From contig CAZWHC010000003.1 in assembly GCA_964633505.1 (NCBI GenBank), positions 317,613 through 381,612 of the forward strand: DNA of 64,000 bases, in the 5' to 3' direction. The stretch comes from an uncultured Rikenellaceae bacterium. GTDB taxonomy: Bacteria > Bacteroidota > Bacteroidia > Bacteroidales > VadinHA17. This document shows positions 18,019-28,377 of this stretch, piece by piece. A model generated the notes under the pieces. The model saw only the letters and a program-made list of their open reading frames with translations, had not been told where the DNA came from and did not search any database. A program made the translations under genes and the position numbers. The number at the start of each line of letters is the position of its first letter. Within the stretch, counting starts at the first letter, position 1.

Positions 18019-19638
18019 TCAATCTGCATAAAGGTCAGTAAACCTGAATTCCTTTCCGTCGAAGAGACCCCTGTCGCTAAGCTTAAGCTCAGGAATTACA
18101 AGCAGGGCCATGAATGAGAGTGTCATGAAGGGTGCTGCCATTTTGCACCCCATAGCTCCGATAATACCGGAAAGATTTTCATATTCAGCGGCAACTTTCA
18201 CGGCCGGTTCATCAGACATTATACCTCCTACCGGAAGTGGAAGAGATGCAATCTTCCCTCCGTCTGCCACTGCCAGTCCCCCTTTCATCTCCACTACCAT
18301 GTTTACTGCATTTGCAATATCATTATCATTCACTCCAATGCAAATAATATTATGGCTGTCGTGGGCAACCGACGATGCGAAAGCTCCCTTTTTAAGGCCG
18401 AATCCCTTTATAAAACCAACAGCAGGAGGCCTGTCGGAATACCTGTCTTTTAAGACGATTTTCAGTATGTCGGAGTCAATGTCTGCCTTAACATATGTGC
18501 CTGCAGGTATTTGAAATATTGTCTCCCCCGTATTGAGACTACCGTTACGGGCTTCAATCACCCTGATTTTCCTTCCTCTTGCAGCAACCGTAATATCGGC
18601 GGGAACGATTGGAGAGCAATTGAAATTGTTAACCGGTGCTGCCTTCCTGTATTCAAATAACACCCTGCCCTTTTCAAAAACTTTTCTTCCCCCTATCCAT
18701 GTCTCCTCAACATTCATTGCTCCGGGATTATCCACAATTATCAGGTCAGCGGGATCTCCCGGTCTCATCATTCCGGTATTGAGGCCGTAATGCCTTGCAG
18801 GATTGATTGTGCAGCTGCGCAAGACATCGAAAATATCATATCCTGCTGATACAAGACGTGCAACCAATGCATTTATATGCTGTTTCAGGAGCATCTCAGG
18901 ATGCAGATCATCGCTGCAAAGCATGAGCATTTCCGGATTGGTTTTAAAAAGCGGGCTCAGGGCATCCAGGTTTTTTGCAGCGCTTCCTTCCCTGATAAGG
19001 ATTTTCATTCCCAGCCCTATTTTTTCTTCTGCCTCTGATATTGATGTACATTCATGATCGGTCGAAATGCCAGCAGCAACATATTTACGTAACTGTTCAC
19101 CTGATAGTCCGGGTGCATGACCATCAACCGGCTTATTAAGTTTCCTTGCGGCATCAAGTTTTTTCATTACTTCCCCGTCGCCATAAACGACTCCGGGATA
19201 ATTCATCATTTCCGCAAGGTAATGTATGCCGGGCATTGAAAGAAGCTGACTTACGGCCTCAGCATCGAGGCATGAACCTGCCGATTCAAAAGGTGTTGCC
19301 GGAACGCAGGAAGGGGCTCCGAAGAAGAACCTGAGCGGCACTTTCGCTGCATCTTCGATCATGAACCTTACACCATCGGCACCCAGCACATTTGCAATTT
19401 CATGAGGATCGGAGACCACAGCCGTTGTTCCACGTGAAACAGCTGCCATTGCAAATGACCCGGGAGTCAGCATCGAACTCTCGATATGGATATGGGAATC
19501 TGTCAGTCCGGGCATTATATACCTTTCTTCACAATTGTCAAGACGCTCAATGCGCGATATTATATTATCCTCAACTGTGATTTGTGCAGGATATATTTCC
19601 CTGACATGTAAATCGACAAGCTTCCCTGAAATTATCAT
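18019..19638 (-). CDS. ade: adenine deaminase
   Basis: 539 aa. Amidohydrolase metal motif is 'PGLTDSHIHIESS'. Also has 'DPHEIANV', 'DGHAPGLSG' and 'TDHE'. Confidence 0.9.
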   Translation of the reverse strand: MIISGKLVDLHVREIYPAQITVEDNIISRIERLDNCEERYIMPGLTDSHIHIESSMLTPGSFAMAAVSRGTTAVVSDPHEIANVLGADGVRFMIEDAAKVPLRFFFGAPSCVPATPFESAGSCLDAEAVSQLLSMPGIHYLAEMMNYPGVVYGDGEVMKKLDAARKLNKPVDGHAPGLSGEQLRKYVAAGISTDHECTSISEAEEKIGLGMKILIREGSAAKNLDALSPLFKTNPEMLMLCSDDLHPEMLLKQHINALVARLVSAGYDIFDVLRSCTINPARHYGLNTGMMRPGDPADLIIVDNPGAMNVEETWIGGRKVFEKGRVLFEYRKAAPVNNFNCSPIVPADITVAARGRKIRVIEARNGSLNTGETIFQIPAGTYVKADIDSDILKIVLKDRYSDRPPAVGFIKGFGLKKGAFASSVAHDSHNIICIGVNDNDIANAVNMVVEMKGGLAVADGGKIASLPLPVGGIMSDEPAVKVAAEYENLSGIIGAMGCKMAAPFMTLSFMALLVIPELKLSDRGLFDGKEFRFTDLYAD

Positions 19639-19867
19639 GCTTACAACTTATTTGTTCAATACTTTCAATAGTCCTACTTTCGGCTTTTTCTTTTCAATAA
19701 CCTTCTCTATCATTTATATTTCGCTCAGGATACCTTATCTGAAAGTACTGCTTAACTTCTGCTTTCAATCCTGGTTTCCTGGTGGAAATAGGATTAGTTC
19801 CACCATTTTAAGAAATTAATATGCAAAAAATGAGCATTTTATTTTTTAATTGTTCCACGTGGAACAT

Positions 19868-21760
19868 TTATCTCCCAAGATACATTAAAAGGATATTTAT
19901 GTCGGAAGGAGAAACTCCGCTAATTCTTCCCGCCTGTCCAATATTCCCTGGCTTTATTCTTGTAAGCTTTTGCCTGCCTTCAGTGGAAATAGAAAGCAAC
20001 TCTGAATAATCTATATCATCAGGAATTTTTACCTTTTCAAGTCTTTTAATCTTTTCAGCAATAATTTTCTCTCTCTGAATATAGCCTTCGTATTTGATTC
20101 TTATCTCTGCCGATTCAATTACTTCGTCTAGCTTAATCTGTCCCGGCTCTTCCTTATTCATCAATAAATCCCGATCAGAAATTTTTCTTAGTTGCCCGAG
20201 AAAATCCTTAAGAACGACCTGTGGCCGTGAAGCAATTGTAATAGCCCTAACCCTCTGCCCTATTCTGTTCGTTTCAACAGAATCGAGGAATTCGTTTATA
20301 CTCCCCGGGTCAACACTTGTCTCCTTAAGGAACTTTATCAGATCGTCAATAAAGAGTTCCTTCTTCTTAAATAACTCAAGGCGTTCCTTTGATGCCAGTC
20401 CCAGTTTAAATCCTTTTTCAGTCAATCTCTCATCTGCATTGTCCTGCCTTAAAAGTACCCTGTACTCAGCTCTCGCCGTAAACATTCTGTATGGTTCATC
20501 AACTCCCTTTGTTATCAGATCGTCAATCAGCACACCAATGTACGATTCGTCCCTTCCCATTACAAACGGATCTTCATCCCTGGTTTTAAGTACTGCATTT
20601 ATTCCTGCAATCAGTCCCTGCGCCGCCGCTTCCTCATATCCCGTCGTCCCGTTAATCTGCCCGGCAAAATAAAGCCCTTCAATCATCTTTGTTTCGAGAG
20701 TGTTTTTCAGCTGCGTAGGCTGAAAGAAATCATATTCTATTGCATAACCTGGTCTGAAAATCTCAACTCTCTCCAGTCCCTTGACTTTTCTCAGGGCTTT
20801 AAGCTGAACCTCAAGAGGCAGGCTGCTAGCGAATCCATTTATATAGTACTCTATTGTTTCTCTTCCTTCCGGTTCTATAAACAGCTGGTGCGCTTCCCTT
20901 TCTTTAAAGGTCACTATTTTATCCTCAATGCTCGGACAATACCTCGGACCCCTTCCTTTTATAATCCCTTTGAAAAGAGGACTGAATTCGAGACCTTTTC
21001 TGAGTTCCTGGTGTACTTCTTCATTTGTATGCGTGATAAAACAACTCAACAGTGCGCCCGTCTCTGAAGGACCTGACAAATATGAAAAAGTCCTGTCCTC
21101 CTCATCCCCTTTCTGCTCAGTCATTACTGAAAAGTCGATTGTCCTTCCGTCGATCCTTGCGCTTGTCCCTGTCTTAAGCCGTTCAACTGTAAAACCTAGT
21201 TCTCTTAACTGGTCGCTCAATCCTGTTGAAGCCTGTTCTCCCGACCGACCACCCCTGATATTTCTGAATCCCACATGCATCAATCCGTTCAGGAAAGTCC
21301 CGTTTGTAAGGATTACTGCCTTCGAATAAAACCTGGTCCCAAACGTTGTTTCCACACCTGTAACCTTCCGTTCTTCGAGAATAAGCAGTTTTGCCTGCTC
21401 CTGCCATATGAAAAGTCCTTTTGTGCTCTCAAGTGCTTTTCTCCACTCCACGCTGAACCTTTGCCTGTCGCATTGAGCCCTGGGGCTCCACATTGCAGGT
21501 CCCTTTGACCTGTTTAGCATCCGGAACTGAATAGTGCTTTTATCAGTAACTATTCCGCTCATCCCTCCCAGTGCATCTATTTCCCTGATTATCTGTCCTT
21601 TGGCTATGCCGCCCATTGCCGGGTTGCATGACATCTGCGCAAGCTTTGTCATATCCATCGTTATGAGCAAAGTTCTTGCGCCCATCTTTGCTGCTGCACA
21701 GGCGGCTTCACAACCGGCGTGTCCCCCGCCTACTACGATAATGTCATAAACAAAATCCAC
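19868..21760 (-). CDS. mnmG: tRNA uridine-5-carboxymethylaminomethyl modification enzyme MnmG (GidA)
   Basis: 630 aa. FAD motif is 'DIIVVGGGHAGCEAA'. Also has 'MSCNPAMGGIAKGQIIREIDALGG', 'GPRYCPSIEDK' and 'FAGQINGTTGYEEAAAQG'. Confidence 0.95.
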   Translation of the reverse strand: MDFVYDIIVVGGGHAGCEAACAAAKMGARTLLITMDMTKLAQMSCNPAMGGIAKGQIIREIDALGGMSGIVTDKSTIQFRMLNRSKGPAMWSPRAQCDRQRFSVEWRKALESTKGLFIWQEQAKLLILEERKVTGVETTFGTRFYSKAVILTNGTFLNGLMHVGFRNIRGGRSGEQASTGLSDQLRELGFTVERLKTGTSARIDGRTIDFSVMTEQKGDEEDRTFSYLSGPSETGALLSCFITHTNEEVHQELRKGLEFSPLFKGIIKGRGPRYCPSIEDKIVTFKEREAHQLFIEPEGRETIEYYINGFASSLPLEVQLKALRKVKGLERVEIFRPGYAIEYDFFQPTQLKNTLETKMIEGLYFAGQINGTTGYEEAAAQGLIAGINAVLKTRDEDPFVMGRDESYIGVLIDDLITKGVDEPYRMFTARAEYRVLLRQDNADERLTEKGFKLGLASKERLELFKKKELFIDDLIKFLKETSVDPGSINEFLDSVETNRIGQRVRAITIASRPQVVLKDFLGQLRKISDRDLLMNKEEPGQIKLDEVIESAEIRIKYEGYIQREKIIAEKIKRLEKVKIPDDIDYSELLSISTEGRQKLTRIKPGNIGQAGRISGVSPSDINILLMYLGR

Positions 21761-22186
21761 CTATTCTCCTCCTAAGAATTCCTTTAACCTTTTTTCCTGG
21801 ATTCCATGCATCACAGTCCTGTTCTCTTCAGTGTCATCGAGATATCCCAATAAATGCAAAATCCCGTGTATCATCACCCTGATAGCCTCATTTTTTACAG
21901 GAACGCTGAACCTAACGGCATTGCTGCGTACAGTATCAATGCTTATATAGATTTCACCATTAACAATATCCTTATCACTGTAATCAAATGATATAACATC
22001 CGTAAAATAGTCATGTTCAAGGAACTCCCTGTTTATTTGGAGAAGAGATTTGTCGTCGGTAAAAATAAAATTAAGGTCACCCGGGATTTTATTTTCCTCC
22101 ATGATGACCTTTTCAAGAAATCTTTTTATTTCTCCCGTGTGATGTAATCTGAAATTTATTCTGTCATAGAATATAAGTATACTCAA
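21761..22186 (-). CDS. ybeY: rRNA maturation RNase YbeY
   Basis: 141 aa with Zn motif 'HGILHLLGY'. It is directly abutting mnmG. Confidence 0.9.
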   Translation of the reverse strand: MSILIFYDRINFRLHHTGEIKRFLEKVIMEENKIPGDLNFIFTDDKSLLQINREFLEHDYFTDVISFDYSDKDIVNGEIYISIDTVRSNAVRFSVPVKNEAIRVMIHGILHLLGYLDDTEENRTVMHGIQEKRLKEFLGGE

Positions 22187-22635
22187 TTAATGACCTCCTT
22201 GAAACTCATTGTTACACTGTTTCCCTTCTCATTGAATTTGATTGAATCAGCAAGCTTTGACATAAGGAATACTCCGCGGCCGCTCAATTCCTCAATATTT
22301 TCAGGCAGGGTAGGATCAGGAATCTTTTCTGGCCTGAAGCCGTTACCCTCATCAGTAACCGTTATGGTTATATCGTTGTCCTTAAAATCAATTTCAACAT
22401 CAACAAGCTTTCCAGGATCAGATTTATTTCCGTGTATAATGGCGTTATTTACTGCTTCGAGAGCGGCAACCATAATCTTGCCATAATCATCCTGCTTTAC
22501 GCCAACAATACCCGTAATTTCATCGATAGCGTTCTCAATAATCCTAAGGTTCGCTATTCTTGACTCTATTTTCAGTCTTTTGTACATTTTCGACATTATT
22601 ATGCCTCTTTCAGTTAAACCTGAAAAGTTATGCAA
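22183..22635 (-). CDS. GHKL/HATPase_c small ATP-binding protein (RsbW/SpoIIAB-like anti-sigma kinase fold)
   Basis: 150 aa. N-box is 'EAVNNAIIHGN' and G-boxes are 'VTDEGNGF...GRGVFLM'. Internal ATGs at 22596 or 22587 may be the real start. No STAS partner gene is visible. Confidence 0.6.
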   Translation of the reverse strand: MHNFSGLTERGIIMSKMYKRLKIESRIANLRIIENAIDEITGIVGVKQDDYGKIMVAALEAVNNAIIHGNKSDPGKLVDVEIDFKDNDITITVTDEGNGFRPEKIPDPTLPENIEELSGRGVFLMSKLADSIKFNEKGNSVTMSFKEVIN

Positions 22636-22638
22636 TTT

Positions 22639-23823
22639 CTAATTTTTTTTCGAAATCCACAATTCCGGATCCAAATTTACTTTCTCCTCAGTTATCATAA
22701 ATTTAAGAACAGCTTCATCTCCCCTCTCCCTGTCGTTATAAACATATCCTAAAAGCTGCTTTGTATCCACCTTGTCGCCGGCTTTTACTGCTACATTAAC
22801 AAGATTGGAATAAACAGTATAGTACTTTCCATGTTTTAATATTATCGACATATTTGCACCCTGTATTGAAAACACCCTTGCCACAGAACCTTTAAAGACG
22901 CTTCTCACTGGTGTTTCACCAGAACTGGTAATCTCAATGTCATTGTTATTTTCAACCACATACTTTAGGACCGGATGATTGTGTATTCCGAAATGACTTG
23001 TTACAACACCCTTTTCCACAGGCCATGGCAGTCGTCCCCTGTTCTCATAGAAGTTATCACTTATCAGCTTCTGTTCAGGAGTTAACTCTGTCGTTGTAGT
23101 CTTTCTGCGTTCTTCAGCAATAAGCTTTGAAATCTCCGATTCGATTTTTCTTGCAATTCTTTTCTTATCCTCCAGATCCCTTTGTAGCTGTCTTTCTTTA
23201 TTGCTAAGATTCCTGACCACTTTATTCTGACTGTCCTGCTCATTCCTGAGAAGATTCCTCTGCTGTTCCTCCCTTGATCTCAGCACTGAAATATTAGCCA
23301 GATCCTCCTCCATCTTTTTCTTTGAAACTTCAATCTCTGTCTTTAATTCCTGAATAATTTCCGTTTCCTTCCTTCTTATTTTTGTGATCTGCTGAAGGTA
23401 TTTTACCCTCTTATATCCCTGGTTAAAATCCTTAGCCGATAAAATATATGCAATTTCAGATGTTCCCTTTGAAGTTCTGAATGAACTTAATACCGCATTC
23501 TCATAATCTCTCTTCATAACCTTCAGGTCAGCTTCCATCATTTCGATTGCAGTATTGTTAAGGTCTATTCTGCCGCTAAGCAATAATATTTCATCCTGCA
23601 TGCTTTTTAAGACTGATTCCCGTAAATTCAATTTCCTGCCAATAAGCTTCAGCTCATTCAGACTTTCTTTCTTTTCCCTGGCAGTCTGCTTCAGCAGGTT
23701 ATCCATATAGGAGATCTCCTCGAGCGTTTTTTTTCGTTCTTCTTCAAGATCCTTACGCGACTGACCGCTCAGAAAACCCAAAGCAGCAAAAAACAATAGT
23801 ATGGAAATCAGGAATTTCCTCAT
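22639..23823 (-). CDS. M23-family murein hydrolase activator/peptidase (EnvC-like: coiled coil + LytM domain)
   Basis: 394 aa with a signal peptide and a long heptad-rich region. The C-terminal region 'GIHNHPVL......DIEI....G..VRSVFKG.V..V......NMSIILKHG.YYTVYSNL' is LytM-like. Confidence 0.85.
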   Translation of the reverse strand: MRKFLISILLFFAALGFLSGQSRKDLEEERKKTLEEISYMDNLLKQTAREKKESLNELKLIGRKLNLRESVLKSMQDEILLLSGRIDLNNTAIEMMEADLKVMKRDYENAVLSSFRTSKGTSEIAYILSAKDFNQGYKRVKYLQQITKIRRKETEIIQELKTEIEVSKKKMEEDLANISVLRSREEQQRNLLRNEQDSQNKVVRNLSNKERQLQRDLEDKKRIARKIESEISKLIAEERRKTTTTELTPEQKLISDNFYENRGRLPWPVEKGVVTSHFGIHNHPVLKYVVENNNDIEITSSGETPVRSVFKGSVARVFSIQGANMSIILKHGKYYTVYSNLVNVAVKAGDKVDTKQLLGYVYNDRERGDEAVLKFMITEEKVNLDPELWISKKN

Positions 23824-24587
23824 TTTATTCTTACAACCTTATATCCTGAACCTGTTACGAACTTCAGTGTTCCTTCCCATGGTACAATGATCTTCTTTAT
23901 TTCAATCTGAATATTAACATTGTTCAGATCATCACTGATTTCAATCCTTTGAGGGATTTTAACCCTGTTCACATTAATGAAATTGCTGTATTTAAGCTCA
24001 ATGTTACCGGTCCTGATATCACCCTCGAAAAATGCCTTTATTATCTTTCCCCTGCCGCAGTCGATAGTATATTCAATCCTTTTATCATTAACGATTAACC
24101 TTGGGAGGCTTATTCCCTTCGCACAATCAACATTTGTTCCAGACTCTTGCTCATTTACAATCAGATCACCAAGCAACGCGAAAATATAATAAGGGTCAAT
24201 GCCGTATTTATTCTTTATACCAGAGGCATCGCCAATAATTACTTTTCTGTTAATCCTATCGTTGATAATAATGGTATCCCGTGTAATCAGGGCCCTTCCT
24301 GCTTCAATTCCTGTTTTTGATTTTACACTAACAAGAAGCGAATCAGGCTGCCTGAATCTCACTGCCGCGTTAAAATGAACCGTGATGTTCTCCTGTGCCA
24401 GCATAACGTCGGCTCGCTGTATGAAAAAATCGTTGTTTGAAAGATTATTACTGACTATTTCTTTCAATGTATTGCTGTTCCGTTCCGGAACTGATGAATT
24501 GCCATCTCCGCTCCTGTTTTTCCTTGAAACTGAGCAGCTCAACGAAATGAAGGAAAGTAAAACAGATATAATGACTATTTTCCGCAC
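23820..24587 (-). CDS. lipoprotein, DUF4292-like (LolB-fold candidate)
   Basis: 255 aa with lipobox 'SLSC'. It holds the conserved position between the TPR and M23 genes seen in Bacteroidota. The family name is from memory, not a search. Confidence 0.5.
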   Translation of the reverse strand: MRKIVIISVLLSFISLSCSVSRKNRSGDGNSSVPERNSNTLKEIVSNNLSNNDFFIQRADVMLAQENITVHFNAAVRFRQPDSLLVSVKSKTGIEAGRALITRDTIIINDRINRKVIIGDASGIKNKYGIDPYYIFALLGDLIVNEQESGTNVDCAKGISLPRLIVNDKRIEYTIDCGRGKIIKAFFEGDIRTGNIELKYSNFINVNRVKIPQRIEISDDLNNVNIQIEIKKIIVPWEGTLKFVTGSGYKVVRIK

Positions 24588-26302
24588 TTTATCATCTCTT
24601 TTTTTAGTTCAGTCTTTAAAGAATCGATCATTAATGCCTTCTCCCAGCTTTTTACGGCCTCGTCGCATCTGCGCATTTTTTTCAGGATATAACCGTAATG
24701 TTCATAGTATTCGGCATCATTGGAATGGTCATCCGACCCGAGTATCTTTTCCATGATTCTTGCAGCTTCCCTCGATTTACCCCTTTTGTAAAGGACCCAT
24801 GCATAAGTATCAAGAAAAGTGCTGTTTCCCTTTTCTTTCTCAGTAACGATCCGGGCCATCTTCTCGGCCTCCTTCAGATTCATATCCTGCTCAGCCAGAT
24901 AATATGCATAGTTGTTCATTACTGTAAGATCATTGCTGTTTAATTTCAGCGCTTCGTCATAAGCCCTGAAGGCATCAGCAAAGTTCTTCATCCTGTAATA
25001 GAGGTCAGCCCTGATTGTCATTATCTGCAGCTTAATCTCCTTATTCTCTCCGGCAAGGATATCTGCCTTGCGGAGCTCTTCAAGCGCCACATCAAAGTTA
25101 CCATTCTCGAGAGCAGCGTTGGCATAAAGCATTTTTGCAATCACCGAGCGGTTGAATCTTGTGGCACACTCTTTTCCCTTCTGCTCAAGGTTTTTGAAAT
25201 CACGCAGCTCGAGATATACAAACAGCAGCCTTTCCCATGCAAAATAATTATCCGGATTTGCCCTTATAATCTCCTCCAGCCGTGAAGCTGCCTCTATGTT
25301 TTTCTTCTGATTCTTCAGAAACTCAGGCCGTAAAAGAATTATTATATTGTCGTCCTTATACTGGGCCTCAAGAAGCATCAGGGAGAGCTCCATGTTCTTA
25401 GCGTATCCCTTTATTATGTCGTTGTTTTCAATAAGCTCCGATACCAGCGAAATTTTATCCTCTCTCCTGATTTTTTCATTCAGCATTGCAATATTGAGAA
25501 AATCAATAAGTTCTTTATAGCTTTTCTCGCCTGAAAGGAATTTTATAAGGGACAGTTGTATGTTTGGATTGTCGGGATTTCTCTTGATCAGACTTCTGTA
25601 TACCTCTCTTGCTTTTTCAGTTTCTCCTTCACTTCCGTATATTTCGGCAAGGTATCCGTTCAATGCAATATCGTCGGGATTGCCGGCAAGCAACTCTTCA
25701 ACCTTCAGCCGTGCCTCCTTTTTCTTCCCCTCTGCAAGAAGGGTTTCTATTATTGAAAGAGTCGTCTTTTCATTCACACCGTATTTTTCCTCAAAATTAC
25801 CAAGCATGGTACGTGCCTTTGAAAACTCCTTTTTCTCATTATACAGGCCAGCCAGAGATATCAGAAGGTCATCTTTCGAGGGATTTCCCTTTACTGCTCT
25901 TTCATAACAGATTAAAGTGCTGTCGATATTATTCTCCTGATGGTATATACCTGCAAGCAGCATATTATACCACATATTGTCAGGTGAAATTTCACATGCT
26001 TTTTTAAGGAATTTTTTCCCGTTGTCAATATCGCCACTGCTGATGAGAATCTGAGCCATCTGATAATATGAAGCGTCGCTCTGAGGATTTATCTCAATGC
26101 ATTGCTGAAAACACTGTAGGGCATTTCCGATGTTTCCAAGCAATTTCTGCTTAATCGCTTCAATATAAAGATTATTATATCCGGCCAGATTATACTCCTT
26201 CCCGGGCTTCAGTCCGGGTACTATCTTCCTGCTGCAGGAACCTGTAAACAAGACTGTTGTTACTAAAATCAGGACAATATTAACTGCTTTCCTCATTATC
26301 AT
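24575..26302 (-). CDS. tetratricopeptide-repeat lipoprotein
   Basis: 575 aa with lipobox 'FTGSC'. Many 34-aa TPR-like units are present (A..Y......G....A...F..A....P). Confidence 0.8.
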   Translation of the reverse strand: MIMRKAVNIVLILVTTVLFTGSCSRKIVPGLKPGKEYNLAGYNNLYIEAIKQKLLGNIGNALQCFQQCIEINPQSDASYYQMAQILISSGDIDNGKKFLKKACEISPDNMWYNMLLAGIYHQENNIDSTLICYERAVKGNPSKDDLLISLAGLYNEKKEFSKARTMLGNFEEKYGVNEKTTLSIIETLLAEGKKKEARLKVEELLAGNPDDIALNGYLAEIYGSEGETEKAREVYRSLIKRNPDNPNIQLSLIKFLSGEKSYKELIDFLNIAMLNEKIRREDKISLVSELIENNDIIKGYAKNMELSLMLLEAQYKDDNIIILLRPEFLKNQKKNIEAASRLEEIIRANPDNYFAWERLLFVYLELRDFKNLEQKGKECATRFNRSVIAKMLYANAALENGNFDVALEELRKADILAGENKEIKLQIMTIRADLYYRMKNFADAFRAYDEALKLNSNDLTVMNNYAYYLAEQDMNLKEAEKMARIVTEKEKGNSTFLDTYAWVLYKRGKSREAARIMEKILGSDDHSNDAEYYEHYGYILKKMRRCDEAVKSWEKALMIDSLKTELKKEMIKCGK

Positions 26303-26733
26303 TTCCTTCCTGTATGTCCAAAACCTCCTTCTCCCCTTTCTGTCTGAATCAGCTCATCAACTTCTATCCAGTCGGCTTTTTCGTGCCTTGCGATTACCAT
26401 CTGGCATATCCTTTCCCCGTCTTTTATAACAAAGCTTTCTTCAGAAAGGTTAATAAGTATTATACATACTTCGCCTCGGTAATCTGCATCAATTGTTCCC
26501 GGCGAATTCAATACAGTAATGCCCTTTTTTATTGCAAGGCCGCTCCTTGGGCGTATCTGGGCCTCATATCCAACCGGAATCTCAACGAAAAGGCCTGTCT
26601 TTACAAGCGCTCTTTTCATAGGTTCAAGGATTATGTCTTCATCCAGATTCGCTCGTATGTCCATCCCTGCTGCATGTTCGGTGGAGTATTCCGGCAGCTT
26701 ATGCTTTGATCTGTTTATTATTTTTATTTTCAT
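26299..26733 (-). CDS. dut: dUTP diphosphatase
   Basis: 144 aa. Has 'AAGMDIRA', '[27 protein letters not shown]' and '[10 protein letters not shown]'. Confidence 0.95.
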   Translation of the reverse strand: MKIKIINRSKHKLPEYSTEHAAGMDIRANLDEDIILEPMKRALVKTGLFVEIPVGYEAQIRPRSGLAIKKGITVLNSPGTIDADYRGEVCIILINLSEESFVIKDGERICQMVIARHEKADWIEVDELIQTERGEGGFGHTGRK

Positions 26734-28212
26734 TCAACTGTTTTTACCTAGGAACACTGTTATCAATTTATCCCTGTATTGGGCATATCCGACGAAAAGA
26801 AGCAAAAATATGGTATTTATCAGCAATTCTGATGCCAGACCAGGATACCTGAAATAACGGCCAAAAATAACCATTCCCGTTGCCATCAGGAAATAGGGGA
26901 TATATTGTTTCATATTATAGTTTACCTTATACCTTTTTTCCGCAAATATAAACGAGAGGATTATCATTGTTCCGTACGATGCAATATGAGCCCACGCTGA
27001 AGCCATATAGCCGTAATAAGGTATAAAGATGACATTTACCAGGATTGTCACCAATGCTCCGGCAAAAGTGATGTAAACGGCAAAGAATGTCATATCATTC
27101 AGCTTGTACCATATGCTGTGGTTAATATATATCCCGTAAAACAGGTAGGCCATGCTTATAACTGGAACAACAATAATTGCCTCACGATAAGAGAATGCTA
27201 TAATGTACTGAATTCCTGATATATACAGATTAATAACAAGATACACAACCAGCATCGCCAGGATGAAGTATTTCATAACCACCGAGTATGTTTCCTTCGC
27301 ATCAGCGTGTTTTGCCCTTTCAAAGAAAAAAGGTTCGGCAGCAAATCTGAACATCTGGATGAACAAAGCCATGAGCACCCCTATTTTATATCCTGCACCG
27401 TATTTACCCACAACCGCGAGGCCATCGGCCTCTCCTATCATTCTTCGGAGTATAACCTTATCGAGAACATCATTTATTGTCCCGCTCAGTCCGGCAAGCA
27501 GAAGGGGAAAGGAATAGGCAATCATCCTGTACCATAATGCACTATCGAACCTAAATTTTATACCCAGGACAAAGGGCAGAAGCATCAATAATGTGCATCC
27601 GCTTGAAATAAGGTTTGCCAGGAACACGTAACCTACTTTGTAATCAGGATTGTATACCTGACGGAACCAGCCTGTGCTTTTTTCCCAGATTCCCGGTGCA
27701 ATTTTCAGGAAGAAAATAACAAGTATTATGGTAATCACCACGTTGAGGATCTTAATGACACTGAATACAACCGGACGGTTCTCTTTCCTCAGTTTCACAA
27801 AAGGAATTGCATTGAAAGCGTCAATTGCAACTATTCCAGCGAACATTCTTATATAATCCTGGTGGTCTTTATAATTCATCAGCGAGGAAACAGGTTCTAT
27901 GAAGATGTTCACAATTATCAGGAAAAGAATGGAGGTGATTAACAAACTGATTAGTGTTGTGCTGTATACCCTGCCGGCATCTTCGCTTTTCTGGGCAAAT
28001 CTGAAATATCCGGTTTCCATCCCATAGGTAAGGATCACCAGCAGAATCGCCATCCATGCATATAATTCAGTTATAATTCCATATTGCCCCAGCTCCTTGT
28101 AGAAGATCCTTGTGTAAAAAGGAGTCATAACGGCATAATTCAGAAATCGCGGGATAATTGTCCCAAGACCATATATCAATGTCTGCCCTGCAAGTTTTCT
28201 TACCTCTTTCAT
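26734..28212 (-). CDS. MOP-superfamily polysaccharide/oligosaccharide flippase (Wzx/MurJ-like)
   Basis: 492 aa with about 12-14 TM segments. N-terminus 'LAGQTLIYGLGTIIPRFLNYAVMTPFYTRIF' is typical of Bacteroidota 'polysaccharide biosynthesis protein'. Confidence 0.75.
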   Translation of the reverse strand: MKEVRKLAGQTLIYGLGTIIPRFLNYAVMTPFYTRIFYKELGQYGIITELYAWMAILLVILTYGMETGYFRFAQKSEDAGRVYSTTLISLLITSILFLIIVNIFIEPVSSLMNYKDHQDYIRMFAGIVAIDAFNAIPFVKLRKENRPVVFSVIKILNVVITIILVIFFLKIAPGIWEKSTGWFRQVYNPDYKVGYVFLANLISSGCTLLMLLPFVLGIKFRFDSALWYRMIAYSFPLLLAGLSGTINDVLDKVILRRMIGEADGLAVVGKYGAGYKIGVLMALFIQMFRFAAEPFFFERAKHADAKETYSVVMKYFILAMLVVYLVINLYISGIQYIIAFSYREAIIVVPVISMAYLFYGIYINHSIWYKLNDMTFFAVYITFAGALVTILVNVIFIPYYGYMASAWAHIASYGTMIILSFIFAEKRYKVNYNMKQYIPYFLMATGMVIFGRYFRYPGLASELLINTIFLLLFVGYAQYRDKLITVFLGKNS

Positions 28213-28377
28213 CCTTAAGATCTGACGGCAAATATAGTTCTATTGCTACAATACTGCATTGCAGCAATAAGTTTCCCTAAAATTTGTATTTTGAAACTAA
28301 TTTTTTCAAGTATCGCCCAAAGTTAAATATCTTTGCCCTCAGATTTGCAGAACGTTATTAACCAAATTTCTGTTTTC

